A stretch of DNA of 41,876 nt from Candidatus Pacearchaeota archaeon (GCA_009694755.1 SICU01000003.1:1-41876), one strand, 5' to 3'. Positions 27,475 through 38,114 are shown, counted from the first letter of the stretch. Made by a program: numbers and translations. The notes: a model not told the origin generated them from the sequence alone.

Positions 27475-28063
27475 TTATTCGTTCTTTAGATTTCCGGGTT
27501 TTTCGTTTCTACTTAATTTTGCAATTGTTGAGCTTATTCTCTTTTGTTTTGTTTCTAGAAGTTTAGCTTTTATTATCTAACGAAGATATGTTCTCTTGTG
27601 AGATGGTGCTAATTTATTGAAATTTGCATTTGCTTCTTTATTATTTTCTAACGCTTTTTTTTAGGTCTTTAGGATTATCTGGATTTTTTGGGATTCCATA
27701 GTCAAGAGTTGGTTTCTTTAACCCTCCAGAATATCTTTTAATCCCTTCTGGAAAAAGTCTATTTTGTTCTTTTAAATCTTTTGCATATCTTAGAGTATTA
27801 TCACTCCATGTGCTCTTGTCTGTTCTTCTTCTGAAATTTCTAACATATTGGTTTTCATCTAATCTTTTCAAGGTTGTGTCTATCCAACCAAAGCATATAG
27901 CTTATTTCATAGAATCTAAATGAGATATTGTTCCTTTTCCAGTGTGTTTCTTATTAACTATTAATGTAATACTCTTTTCTTTGAGGTGGTTCTCTTTTAA
28001 CCAGTTGTGCCATTCTTCAATGCTGTTGCAGTGCACTGTTATTACCCCAATATTATTTTGCAT
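27475..28063 (-). pseudogene. YdeI/OmpD-associated family pseudogene
   Basis: EWHNWLKENH...SMK*AICFGWID...STWS.N...FNKLAPSHKRTYLR*IIKAK; two nonsense codons plus frameshifts. Confidence 0.85.
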
Positions 28064-28147
28064 AACTTTTATTGTTTAGTTATATTTAAATAACATATGC
28101 TTTTTTATAATTTATAAAGAAATATATTATTGCAATATTGATTTTTT

Positions 28148-28633
28148 TTAGGAGTATCTATTCTCTTTTACTCTTTCTTCTAAATATTTAGTAAAATCCT
28201 CTTTTAATTGTGGTAAATTTCCTTGATAAACAATAGGAATTCTCAAATTTCTTTCCCTTTTTGTTTCTCTTTCTTGTTCTCTTTCTATATTAGTGCAAAC
28301 GCTATTTTGTAAAGTGGTATGTAAAAAACAAATTATTGCAGACCTTAAAATAAAATTCCTTTTTACTTGCGAATCTTTAGGATTTTCTCCAAATATGTTT
28401 TCTAAAATTGGTTGAGGAGAGACTGATTCGTATAATTGATTTTCAGACATTAAAAAATATTCGCCGTGAACTTGCCAGTCCCCTATTAACCCTTTTTTAC
28501 TTGTTGAACTTTCCCCTCTTAAAGATATAGTTCCCCCATGATTTATTCTACCAATTAAACCTATTCTATCCCTCTCCGTACCTCTGTCTGTGTTAATAAT
28601 TCTATCAGGATATTCGCTTCTATTGTGATTCAT
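28148..28633 (-). CDS. Hypothetical protein
   Basis: 161-aa ORF with TTTATAA upstream; no motif recognised. Confidence 0.55.
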   Translation of the reverse strand: MNHNRSEYPDRIINTDRGTERDRIGLIGRINHGGTISLRGESSTSKKGLIGDWQVHGEYFLMSENQLYESVSPQPILENIFGENPKDSQVKRNFILRSAIICFLHTTLQNSVCTNIEREQERETKRERNLRIPIVYQGNLPQLKEDFTKYLEERVKENRYS

Positions 28634-28721
28634 TTTTCTGTTTTCTAAACTCTAATACATCATTTATAAATCTTGGGATTTACCACCAAAAAATTTTAAA
28701 TTAGAAATTTCTCAAATTTCG

Positions 28722-30767
28722 CTAATTATAATTTTGATTTTTATTTTGAAGTTTTTTCACGGCATCTAAAACTCTTAAATCTGGCGAGAGAATATAAACG
28801 TGATCGTCTTTAGACCTAACAGCACGATAAATTCTTTGAAGAAATTCCCTATGTGCTTTGTCTCTATAAAAATCCCAAAAATAATCAGGATGAGTTTTTT
28901 GCAAAATTTTCCAAAATGTATCAGACACATTAGGATTAGGATATTTTGTAAATACAACCGAATTACACATATTTCCAGGGAAATCTATTCCTCTTGAACA
29001 TTTTGTAGTAAATAATTTATTGTTCAATCCCTGTTTGAAAACTGCAACAATTTTCCCAGTTTTATCTTCTTTTTGTTGTTCTCTTAAACGTTCTTGCGAA
29101 GTCAATTCTATCAAATGATACTTCATTTTTTCTTCTTCGGTTGGCAAATCTTGAAATGCATTTACATGAATTAAAGTAGGCCTCTTTGCTTTTTCTACAA
29201 TTGTGTTTAATGCTCGAAGATAATCTTCTCTTGAATGTTGTCCTCCTGTAAAATTTGCATATTTACAATCTCTTTCTTTTCCAGTCATAGAAATTTCTAT
29301 CGCTCCTTGCTGAAGTCCTTCCGCTTCAACTATTTTGAAATTAGTTATTCCAAAAATATTTTTTAAAACATTTTCTGTGTGCAACGTTCCAGACATAAAA
29401 ATCAACGCTTTATTTTTATCTAAAAGTTCTTGAATTCTTGGACCCAAATTCGTACTCACCAATTTCACATACAAATTATCCTCTTCTTTTCTAAAAGTTG
29501 CATAAACATCTTCGGTTAAATCCGCGAAATCTCTTGCAAGTTCAAAAGCTTTACTCGCATAACTATTCTCATCTAAAAGGATTTCCGATTCAAGTTCTTT
29601 ATCTTTTTCTAATAACTTAAAAATTTTACTCAAATAAGTTTCAGAAATATTAAAAACCTGATTCTCATTTATTCCCAACGCTTTTTTATTTTTTTCTTCT
29701 AAATTTATCAAATCTAAAATTGATTTTATTGTTTCTCGCGTGTCCAAAGATTCTGGAATTATCGTGTTCAAACTATTTGCAAATCGCGTTAAATTTATTT
29801 CTTCTTGTTGAAATAATCCATCTAAAAATTCATCTGCTTCGTCAATTATTTCAATATCTGTTGCAGGTTTTCTCCCAATAGATAATTCTGCTTTGTATTT
29901 CGCTGCATTGAATATTAAAACATCTGCTTGTGTATATGCAAGATATTGGTCGTAATACGAACATCCAGATTTCCGATGATAAAAAGTGTATTCTCTTCCG
30001 TCACAACCTTCATATTTTATTTTTTTAGCATCTTTTAATTGATTTAATTCATAAGTTGATGGAACAATTGGACTCCAATAAGGATTTGCAGGAGCAATAG
30101 ATAATCTCTTTAGATGTTTATAATCTGGAACATCTCGCCCCGAAACAAATGGATTTTTCAAATAATAACTTGACAATTGATTATAATTTTTCTCACTTAT
30201 TTTTATATTTTCAGGAAGTTCTGGATTCGCACAAGAAACTCCTGGTTCAATTATCGAATCGTGATTTTCTTTTCCAGTCATCATAGCAATTTTCATTTTT
30301 TCGCCGTTTAATTTATACAGAAATTTTTTCCCAGTATAATCTTCTTCATATTGTCTTTGAAGTGCCTTTACTGGAACTATTATCGACGCTTTTCCTAATT
30401 TTCTTGCAACGTTTAAAGCAATTACGGATTTTCCCGTTCCACAAGCTCCGTGAATAAAAATTATTTTATTTCCTTTTTTTACTAAATCAACTATTTCTTT
30501 TATTACGTCTGTTTGCGTTTTCCCATTTGAAAATTTTAAAGGGGCAATTTTTCCATTCGCATCATTTAAATCCCAATAGGGATTTTCAAAAATTTGTTCT
30601 GTTTTTTTATCTTCTTTTAAAAAATCTAATTTACTTGAAGTTTTTAATCCAGTATATGACTCTGTTAAAAATCCGTCTGGTGGAATTACCGTTTCTTTTG
30701 GTTTCCAAGAATTAGTTGCGTTCGTCGTTAAACTTTGAAGTCTGCCTTGATCACCTGTAAAACTCAT
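28722..30767 (-). CDS. DinG/XPD-like superfamily 2 helicase
   Basis: HGACGTGKS, IIDEADEF, MSGTL, RGIDFPG, KYPNP, QRIYRAVRSKDD. Confidence 0.85.
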   Translation of the reverse strand: MSFTGDQGRLQSLTTNATNSWKPKETVIPPDGFLTESYTGLKTSSKLDFLKEDKKTEQIFENPYWDLNDANGKIAPLKFSNGKTQTDVIKEIVDLVKKGNKIIFIHGACGTGKSVIALNVARKLGKASIIVPVKALQRQYEEDYTGKKFLYKLNGEKMKIAMMTGKENHDSIIEPGVSCANPELPENIKISEKNYNQLSSYYLKNPFVSGRDVPDYKHLKRLSIAPANPYWSPIVPSTYELNQLKDAKKIKYEGCDGREYTFYHRKSGCSYYDQYLAYTQADVLIFNAAKYKAELSIGRKPATDIEIIDEADEFLDGLFQQEEINLTRFANSLNTIIPESLDTRETIKSILDLINLEEKNKKALGINENQVFNISETYLSKIFKLLEKDKELESEILLDENSYASKAFELARDFADLTEDVYATFRKEEDNLYVKLVSTNLGPRIQELLDKNKALIFMSGTLHTENVLKNIFGITNFKIVEAEGLQQGAIEISMTGKERDCKYANFTGGQHSREDYLRALNTIVEKAKRPTLIHVNAFQDLPTEEEKMKYHLIELTSQERLREQQKEDKTGKIVAVFKQGLNNKLFTTKCSRGIDFPGNMCNSVVFTKYPNPNVSDTFWKILQKTHPDYFWDFYRDKAHREFLQRIYRAVRSKDDHVYILSPDLRVLDAVKKLQNKNQNYN

Positions 30768-30976
30768 AGATTTCTATTAAGTTCATATGTTTTAAAAGGA
30801 TTTGTGCTAGAATTAATTAATCCGAGAAGCCATATACTGATTGCCATCTCTATAAACAACGGTTCCATAAAAATCGTCTGACTTCGAAAATAATGGTAAT
30901 TGATATGCTTGATTGAATATACCCGCTAACTCATTTGCAAAGGTTTTAAAGGAGTTTTCTTTTGTAAAGTATATTC

Positions 30977-31060
30977 GCGGGGATGCCAGAGTGGTCAAAT
31001 GGGACACGTTAAGGCCGTGTTAGCTTAGTGCTTTCTTAGGTTCGAATCCTAATCCCCGCA
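30977..31060 (+). tRNA. tRNA-Leu(AAG)
   Basis: GCGGGGA/TCCCCGC-A acceptor; ACACG-TTAAGGC-CGTGT anticodon arm; long variable arm; TTAGG-TTCGAAT-CCTAA T-arm. Confidence 0.92.
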
Positions 31061-31090
31061 TAAAATTATATTTTAAGAGAGATTGAAGTA

Positions 31091-31176
31091 AGGATTCGAA
31101 CGTTCTTCGAAATTGAGATTTCTCGAAACTTCAAAACTAGTAAATTTTGAAGTAATCCTAATCCCTACATAAAATT
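31091..31176 (+). repeat. Structured tRNA-Leu trailer with antisense T-arm and duplicated tRNA 3' end
   Basis: 31091-31101 is complementary to 31040-31050; hairpins 31106-31127 and 31128-31153; 31154-31176 matches 31045-31067 at 21/23. Confidence 0.8.
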
Positions 31177-31186
31177 TTAAATTTGT

Positions 31187-32584
31187 TTAATCGATTTTTC
31201 TAAGATACGGTCCGTCTTCTCCCAAATCTTCAATAACAAAACCGCGTTCTTTAATTCTCTGACGTAAAATATCTGCCTCTGCAAACATTTTCTTTTTACG
31301 TGCTTCCTGACGTGCAACTAATAAAAGAGTAACGTCTTTCGGAATCACAACTTTTTCTTCTTTCATATCTTTAACGCCAATTCCCAAAACTCTATCAAAA
31401 TCTTCAAGTAAAGCGAGCCTTGTCCGCGTATTCATATCAGTCTCTTCCATCACTTCCCAGAAAACTTCAAGAGCTTGAGGCATATTCAAATCATTATTTA
31501 TCGCTTCAAGAAACTGTTTCTTATGATGCTCAACATCAGTATTTCCGTGATTATTTTCCTTTCTAAGTCTAATAATTTTATTCTTAATTTTCTCGTAAGC
31601 GTTCTTTGATGCGTCTAAAGCTTCCAAGCTAAATTGAAGTTGTTTCCTATATGATGTTTGTAAACACAAATAACGATAATGATAAGCAGAGTATCCCTTT
31701 TCTTCTAATTCTGAAATAGTATATAATCCTCCAGTGCTCTTACTCACTTTTTTACCATCACTATCAACTAAAAAAGCTCCATGCAACCAATAGTTGACAA
31801 ATTTCTTTCCAGTAGCACCTTCTGACTGAGCAAGCTCATTAGTGTGATGAATTGGAACATGATCTTCACCACCAGTATGAATATCGAAATGCTCTCCTAA
31901 ATATTTGATACTCATTGCTGAACACTCAATGTGCCATCCAGGGAAACCTACACCCCACGGAGAAGACCACTCTTGTTGTCTTTTCTCTTTTCCAGAGGAA
32001 AATTTCCATAATGCGAAATCAGTTTTATTCTTTTTTTCTCCAACGGCAATTCTTTTCCCAGATTCTAACCCATCTATATTCAATAAAGCCAATTTTCCAT
32101 AATTTTTAAATTTAGAAGAGTCAAAATAAATTCCATCTTCTGTTTTATAAGTAAAACCTTTCTTCTCTAATTTTTTGATTAACTCTATCTGTTCATCTAT
32201 ATGTTCTGTTGCCCAAGCCCATGTGCTTGGCTCAAGAATATTTAATTTTTTAAAGTCCTCCTTAAATATTTTAAAATAATAATTCGCAATATCTTTAGCA
32301 TTCTTTCCTTCTTTTAAAGCAGCAATTTCCATTTTATCCTCACCTTCATCTGCATCAGAAGTCAAATGCCCAACATCCGTTACATTGATTATTTGATTAA
32401 CTTTAAAGCCATTATAGATTAGAACTCTTTTCAAAATATCAGAAAACAAATAAGCTCTTAAATTACCGATATGTTGATACCAGTAAACCGTCGGCCCACA
32501 CGAATACATTCCAACCTTTCCTTTTTTAAGCGGTTTAAACTCCTCTTTCTTGCGAGTAAGCGTATTATACAAAACTAAATCCAT
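31187..32584 (-). CDS. cysS: Cysteine-tRNA ligase
   Basis: CGPTVY, HIGN, PGWHIECSAM, HTGGEDH.PIHHTNE, KVSKS. Confidence 0.97.
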   Translation of the reverse strand: MDLVLYNTLTRKKEEFKPLKKGKVGMYSCGPTVYWYQHIGNLRAYLFSDILKRVLIYNGFKVNQIINVTDVGHLTSDADEGEDKMEIAALKEGKNAKDIANYYFKIFKEDFKKLNILEPSTWAWATEHIDEQIELIKKLEKKGFTYKTEDGIYFDSSKFKNYGKLALLNIDGLESGKRIAVGEKKNKTDFALWKFSSGKEKRQQEWSSPWGVGFPGWHIECSAMSIKYLGEHFDIHTGGEDHVPIHHTNELAQSEGATGKKFVNYWLHGAFLVDSDGKKVSKSTGGLYTISELEEKGYSAYHYRYLCLQTSYRKQLQFSLEALDASKNAYEKIKNKIIRLRKENNHGNTDVEHHKKQFLEAINNDLNMPQALEVFWEVMEETDMNTRTRLALLEDFDRVLGIGVKDMKEEKVVIPKDVTLLLVARQEARKKKMFAEADILRQRIKERGFVIEDLGEDGPYLRKID

Positions 32585-32622
32585 ATAGAAACAAGAAAAA
32601 TAAAGGTTATAAGAGTTTCTAA
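32400..32622. repeat. 223-bp direct repeat, copy 1 (cysS promoter and 5' end)
   Basis: Matches 34458-34680 with 3 substitutions. Confidence 0.92.
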
Positions 32623-32655
32623 TAACGTTTTAAAACTACCAAATCTTATAAAGTT

Positions 32656-34419
32656 ATGAAAAAAGACGTGAATCCAATTACAAACACATTCAAAACAGAA
32701 TGGCAACATTTAGGAAAAAGAAAGAAAATGTTTATTTTTTACACAACTCTTTTTTTTATAGCTGGAGTTATAGACCTCATGCACCCACTTATAGTTGGAC
32801 TTATTTTTAATAAAGTTCAAGACCAGATAACTTCAGAAGCAGAACTAACCAGTTTAATATATATCATTTTTTTATTATTAGGGATTAATATTGTTTTTTG
32901 GTTAATTCATGGTTTTGCAAGAGTTCAAGAACAAAAAACTGGTTTTTTTGTAAATAGAGATTATATAAATTCAAAAATTGAAAAAGTGCTTGAACTCCCA
33001 ATAAAATGGCACAAGGACAATCATTCTGGTAGCACAATAGATAAAATAAATAGAGGCGGTTCAGCAATTAGTTCGTTTTCTCGAAACACAACTTTTGATA
33101 TATTTTATGGAATAGTAAATTTGTTTGGTTCAGTAATAATTTTATTATTTTTTGATACTCGTGCAGCAATACTGGCACTATTATTTTCAATTATTACTCT
33201 ATATTTTGTATATAAAATTGACTTAAGACTCAACAAACAATATAAAGAAATAAATAATTATGGAAACAAAGCTGCAGCAAAAATTTATGATTATATAAGT
33301 AACATTATTACAATAATTACTCTTCGTCTAAAACCAACAGTTAAAAAAGAGATTGATGATAGCATAATGGCTAGCTACAAAGTAGAAAAGAAAAATATCT
33401 TTCTAAACGAACTTAAATGGGGAACTGCGAGTATAGCAATTTCACTAATGACTGTAATTGTCTTAAGTCTTAAGGCGTACACAGATTATCATCTAAATGG
33501 TATAATAAAAATAGGAACATTATATATTTTGTACGGATACCTTGCGCAAGTTGGCCAAACATTCTACAGATTCGCTTCTTTATATGGTAGTATTGTAAGG
33601 TATAGCTCTCAAATAGAAAATGCAAGACAAATAGATGAAGAGTTTGATAAAGTAAAGATTGAAAGTTTTGACAACCTTCCAAGTAATTGGCAAGAGATAG
33701 AAATAAAGAATATTTCATTCAATCACAATAAAAAACAAGCAAAACTACATATAGACAATGCAAATATTAAGTTTAGAAAAGGTCAAAGAATAGCATTTAT
33801 TGGTACATCTGGTTCAGGCAAGAGCACCATGCTTGCTTTATTACGCGGATTAGTAAAACCAGAATCTGGAAAGGTAATTGTTAATGGAAAATACTTAGAT
33901 GAAGGACTTGATAAAATCAGAAATACAATAACACTTATTCCTCAAGACCCTGAAATATTCAATAATTCTATAGAATATAATATCACTATGGGGAGCTCAA
34001 CGGAAAAAAAGGATTTAGATAAAGCAATAGCAATGGCTCAATTTAAAGAAGTAATAAATCGCTTATCAAAGGGAATTCAAACAAACGTACTGGAAAAAGG
34101 AGTTTCTTTAAGTGGTGGAGAAAAACAGCGTTTAGCTTTAGCAAGAGGATTATTAGCAGCTAAAGACAGCGAAATAGTTCTCATGGACGAACCAACAAGC
34201 AGTGTAGACACATTAAATGAAATCAAAATATACGACCAAATCATAAAAGAATTCAAAGATAAAACAATAATCTCCGCTCTTCATAAACTTCATTTATTGA
34301 AAAAGTTTGATTATATTTACATATTTGACAAAGGAAAAATAATCGCAGAAGGAACCCTTTCAGAATTGAAAAACAAACCAATATTTGCGAGAATCTGGGA
34401 AAAGTATAATAGTAAATAA
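32656..34419 (+). CDS. ABC exporter, fused permease and ATPase
   Basis: TM domain, GTSGSGKST, LSGGEKQR, MDEPTS, H-loop. Confidence 0.93.
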   Translation: MKKDVNPITNTFKTEWQHLGKRKKMFIFYTTLFFIAGVIDLMHPLIVGLIFNKVQDQITSEAELTSLIYIIFLLLGINIVFWLIHGFARVQEQKTGFFVNRDYINSKIEKVLELPIKWHKDNHSGSTIDKINRGGSAISSFSRNTTFDIFYGIVNLFGSVIILLFFDTRAAILALLFSIITLYFVYKIDLRLNKQYKEINNYGNKAAAKIYDYISNIITIITLRLKPTVKKEIDDSIMASYKVEKKNIFLNELKWGTASIAISLMTVIVLSLKAYTDYHLNGIIKIGTLYILYGYLAQVGQTFYRFASLYGSIVRYSSQIENARQIDEEFDKVKIESFDNLPSNWQEIEIKNISFNHNKKQAKLHIDNANIKFRKGQRIAFIGTSGSGKSTMLALLRGLVKPESGKVIVNGKYLDEGLDKIRNTITLIPQDPEIFNNSIEYNITMGSSTEKKDLDKAIAMAQFKEVINRLSKGIQTNVLEKGVSLSGGEKQRLALARGLLAAKDSEIVLMDEPTSSVDTLNEIKIYDQIIKEFKDKTIISALHKLHLLKKFDYIYIFDKGKIIAEGTLSELKNKPIFARIWEKYNSK

Positions 34420-34453
34420 TTAAAGACTCTTAACAAACTCCGCCATTTCGTCT

Positions 34454-34642
34454 TTAGACTTTAAAGCCATTATAGATTAGAACTCTTTTCAAAATATCAG
34501 AAAACAAATAAGCTCTTAAATTACCAATATGTTGATACCAGTAAACCGTCGGCCCACACGAATACATTCCAACCTTTCCTTTTTTAAGAGATTTAAACTC
34601 CTCTTTCTTGCGAGTAAGCGTATTATACAAAACTAAATCCAT
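34454..34642 (-). pseudogene. cysS: Truncated cysS 5' duplicate (62 codons), within repeat copy 2 at 34458-34680
   Basis: MDLVLYN...GFKV then stop; near-identical to the start of cysS. Confidence 0.9.
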
Positions 34643-34676
34643 ATAGAAACAAGAAAAATAAAGGTTATAAGAGTTT

Positions 34677-35618
34677 CTAACAAAGAAGTTTAACAAAATT
34701 TCTAATTTCCTCAATATTTTTCAGTTTCATAAAATCATTTCTTGCCTGCGAAGCTCCATCAAATCCTTTCAGAAAATTCGCTCCTAAATATTTAACACGC
34801 CCCATATCAAAAACTTTATATTTTTCAGCCAAAGTAATATAATCTTGAAAAGAACTAACTCTTTCTTTTTTAGTAATCTCTTTTTCTTTTCCATTTTTCA
34901 AATATTTTAAAATCTCTCGAAATATTAAGGGATTTCCAATAGCTGCTGAAGCAATCATTGCACCATCAGCAATATCTAACATATCAGATGCAGTCTTTCC
35001 ATTTACAACTCCCCCATTCCCAACAATCGGAATTCCCACTTCGTGTTTCACGCGCGAAATCCAAGACCAATCTGGTTTTTCACTTGAACGTTGTTCAGCA
35101 GTTCGTGTATGGATTGTCAATAAATCAGCACCAGCCTTTTCAATTTTTTTAGATACTTCAAGAACATTATTATTTTTGAAGCCCAATCGAATTTTTGCAG
35201 TCACAATAAATCCTTCATTTTTCAAAACACGAATCATATCGGCAATTTTGTCAGGCGTCTTTAACAAATAACTTCCAGCTTCATTTCCAACAATTTTCGC
35301 TGAAGGACAACCACAGTTAATATCAATTAAATCGTAATTCTGCAAAACAGACAACTTACTAAATTTATTAAATTCTAAAACATTATTTCCCGTAATCTGT
35401 AAACCTAAAGGTTGGTCTAATTTTCCTCCGATAGTCATTAATTTTTTAGTAGGCTCATTTTCGTGCAAAATTGCCTTAATATAAATCATTTCCGTATAAG
35501 CCATCGCTACACCTTGTTCACGACACAGCAATCTAAAGGCACAATCTGTTACGTCAACCATCGGCGCAAGAAATAATTTATTTTTTAATTTAATATTTCC
35601 AATTTTCAAACTATTCAT
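34677..35618 (-). CDS. dus: tRNA-dihydrouridine synthase family protein
   Basis: [36 protein letters not shown]; start MNSLKIG chosen by TATA spacing. Confidence 0.93.
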   Translation of the reverse strand: MNSLKIGNIKLKNKLFLAPMVDVTDCAFRLLCREQGVAMAYTEMIYIKAILHENEPTKKLMTIGGKLDQPLGLQITGNNVLEFNKFSKLSVLQNYDLIDINCGCPSAKIVGNEAGSYLLKTPDKIADMIRVLKNEGFIVTAKIRLGFKNNNVLEVSKKIEKAGADLLTIHTRTAEQRSSEKPDWSWISRVKHEVGIPIVGNGGVVNGKTASDMLDIADGAMIASAAIGNPLIFREILKYLKNGKEKEITKKERVSSFQDYITLAEKYKVFDMGRVKYLGANFLKGFDGASQARNDFMKLKNIEEIRNFVKLLC

Positions 35619-35667
35619 AAATAAAATGAAACACAAATCCTTAAATATGTAAGGTTTATGAAATTGT

Positions 35668-35991
35668 ATGGAAAAAGATATAGACAGAATAACAAAAAAT
35701 CAAGAAACTGATATAGTTATTCGAATAGATGATTTCGGAGGAAAGCGGGGATTGACAATAAGAGAATTCGTAAAATCAGAACGTTACACAGGTTTCACAA
35801 AAGCAGGAACAAGAATTCCGGCAGAATATTTCAAAGCATTCAAACAAGCAATTAATAGTATTAACGAAAAAGATATGACTGAAGCAGTTATAGTTCCAAC
35901 AGAACAACCAGCAACATCAAAACCAGAAACCCCTAAAGAAAAAACAAGTTCTAAAAAACCAGCAAAAAATTATGAAGAAATGGAAATGTAG
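35668..35991 (+). CDS. PC4-like single-stranded nucleic-acid binding protein
   Basis: DDFGGKRGLTIREFV...GFTKAGTRIP pattern, disordered tail. Confidence 0.65.
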   Translation: MEKDIDRITKNQETDIVIRIDDFGGKRGLTIREFVKSERYTGFTKAGTRIPAEYFKAFKQAINSINEKDMTEAVIVPTEQPATSKPETPKEKTSSKKPAKNYEEMEM

Positions 35992-36077
35992 GTATCCTTT
36001 CAAATTACAAACTTTCAACCCCACTTTGTAGGGCCTCATCGCCTAACAGCAATTATACAAAATTCTCAAGATTTCAT

Positions 36078-36335
36078 CTAACACAAATCTTTATCTTCCC
36101 GTTCATCAACCCAATCATCTCCAAAAGTCACAAATCCTGAAATTGGAACAAGTTCAACAACTTCATCACCAGAACAAGAAACAACAAAATCAATGCAAGT
36201 ATTTTCAGAACAAAAAGCTTTTGTATATGTAGAATTAAATATTAAACTAGAAGTAAAATTATTTTCAATTAGCAAAAAACCAGTAAATAACAAAATAAGA
36301 ATTAGTAAAGAGAAAACGATTTTTCTTACAAACAT
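36078..36335 (-). CDS. Small membrane-anchored protein
   Basis: N-terminal TM, YTKAFC..CIDFVVSC..DWVD.R. Confidence 0.65.
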   Translation of the reverse strand: MFVRKIVFSLLILILLFTGFLLIENNFTSSLIFNSTYTKAFCSENTCIDFVVSCSGDEVVELVPISGFVTFGDDWVDEREDKDLC

Positions 36336-36385
36336 AAAAACTCAAATCAGTTAACCTTTAAAAGTATCTCTAAACTTCAAAATAT

Positions 36386-38110
36386 ATGATACGACAGCCA
36401 ATAATTACTGTAGCAGGACACGTAGACCACGGAAAAACCTCGTTATTAGATTGTTTTAGAGGAACCTCCCTTCAAGGATTAGAAGCAGGAGGGATAACTC
36501 AGAAAATTTCTTTCACAAAATATCCATTTGAACAAATACAAAAAATGTGTCCTTTACTTGAAAAAACAAAAATCGATTTGAAAATTCCCGGATTTCTTTT
36601 CATTGACACTCCAGGACACGCAGCATTTACCAATCTTCGTAAAAGAGGAGGTTCGTTAGCAGACATTGCAATTTTAGTTGTAGACATAAAAGACGGAATC
36701 AAACCACAAACAGCAGAAGTAATTTCCATATTAAAAGCGAACAAAACTCCTTTCGTAATTGCGTTAAATAAAGTTGACACTCTTTCTGGTTGGCATAAGA
36801 AAAACACAATCAAAGAATCTATTGAAACTCTTTCAGCACATACAAAAGAAGAATTTGAAGTGTCATTAGGGACTTTTCAAGGAGCTCTTCAAAGTCAAGG
36901 ATTTGACAGCGAGTTATTTTACGAAATATCAGATTTCACAAAAAAAATAGTTATAATTCCTTGTTCAGCAAAAACAAAGGAAGGAATTCCAGAATTACTT
37001 TTCATTTTATGCGGAATTTCTCAAAGATTCCTAACAGAAAAATTAAAGTTATCTTCTGAAACAAAAGGAGTTTTATTGGAAATAAAAAAGGAGCGTTCAA
37101 TGGAAACGGCGGAAGCAATAATTTATGATGGAGTTTTAAGCGAAGGAGATGAAATAGCAATTGCGACACTTTATGGCGAACCAATAATTACCAAAATTCG
37201 AGGGATGGAAGAAGTTATTCCTCTAAGCATTAAATTCAAAGCAACAAAACAAGCGACAGCAGCAACAGGAGTAAGATTACAATTAACAAACAAAGAAGGA
37301 ATTCTTTCAGGAATGCCTTTTCAAAAAATAAATAATAATTTAGAAGAAATAAAAAAGAATTTCAAAAAAGAATTTCAAAATACGATAGTTACAGAAAAAG
37401 AAGGAATAATTGTAAAAGCAGATTCATTGGGAAGTTTAGAAGCATTACTTACTTTGTTAAAACAAGCTAACATAAATGTCGTAAAAGCAGGAATCGGCCC
37501 AATAGGAAAAACAGACTTAGTCGCGGCAAAAGCAAATTTAGAATTGAATCCTCTTAATGCAATAATTATAGGATTCAACGTTGAACAAGAAGAAGATATT
37601 CAGTTACCTAAAAACGTAAAAATAATCACGAATCAAGTTGTTTATAGATTAATAGAAAGTTTGCAAATATGGCGTCAAGAAAGGCACGCACAAATAGAAA
37701 AAAAACGACTTATGTCTCTCGCAACAATTTGTAAAATAGAAATACTTCATCAATATCAATTTAGAAATTCAAATCCTGCAATATTCGGAATAAAAGTAAT
37801 TGCAGGAGATGTAAGAAAAAATATCCCGTTAATTGATGAAACAGATGAACAAATAGCAAGAGTAAAAGCATTGCAAGAAGACAAAGAATCAGTAGAAGAA
37901 GCAACAGAAGGAAAAGAAGTTGCAATGTCTCTTCCAGGCGTTAATTTTGAACGTCAGCTTGCAGATAAAAAATATCTTTATAGTCAAATTTCAGAATCGC
38001 AATTTAAAGAATTCAAAAAAAATAAAGACCTTCTGTCAGAAAGTGAAATAAAAACATTGATGGAACTCGCAGAAATTAAAAGACGTAAGAAGTCAGACTG
38101 GGGTAAATAG
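36386..38110 (+). CDS. infB: Translation initiation factor aIF5B
   Basis: RQPIITVAGHVDHGKT, DTPGH, NKVD, KADSLGSLEAL; archaeal length. Confidence 0.97.
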   Translation: MIRQPIITVAGHVDHGKTSLLDCFRGTSLQGLEAGGITQKISFTKYPFEQIQKMCPLLEKTKIDLKIPGFLFIDTPGHAAFTNLRKRGGSLADIAILVVDIKDGIKPQTAEVISILKANKTPFVIALNKVDTLSGWHKKNTIKESIETLSAHTKEEFEVSLGTFQGALQSQGFDSELFYEISDFTKKIVIIPCSAKTKEGIPELLFILCGISQRFLTEKLKLSSETKGVLLEIKKERSMETAEAIIYDGVLSEGDEIAIATLYGEPIITKIRGMEEVIPLSIKFKATKQATAATGVRLQLTNKEGILSGMPFQKINNNLEEIKKNFKKEFQNTIVTEKEGIIVKADSLGSLEALLTLLKQANINVVKAGIGPIGKTDLVAAKANLELNPLNAIIIGFNVEQEEDIQLPKNVKIITNQVVYRLIESLQIWRQERHAQIEKKRLMSLATICKIEILHQYQFRNSNPAIFGIKVIAGDVRKNIPLIDETDEQIARVKALQEDKESVEEATEGKEVAMSLPGVNFERQLADKKYLYSQISESQFKEFKKNKDLLSESEIKTLMELAEIKRRKKSDWGK

Positions 38111-38114
38111 TTCA

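Noticed and set aside
23980-28720. attR duplicate of the tRNA-Ser 3' end bounding an island
   Set aside because: No convincing copy found; GATTTCCGGG near 27489 is too weak.
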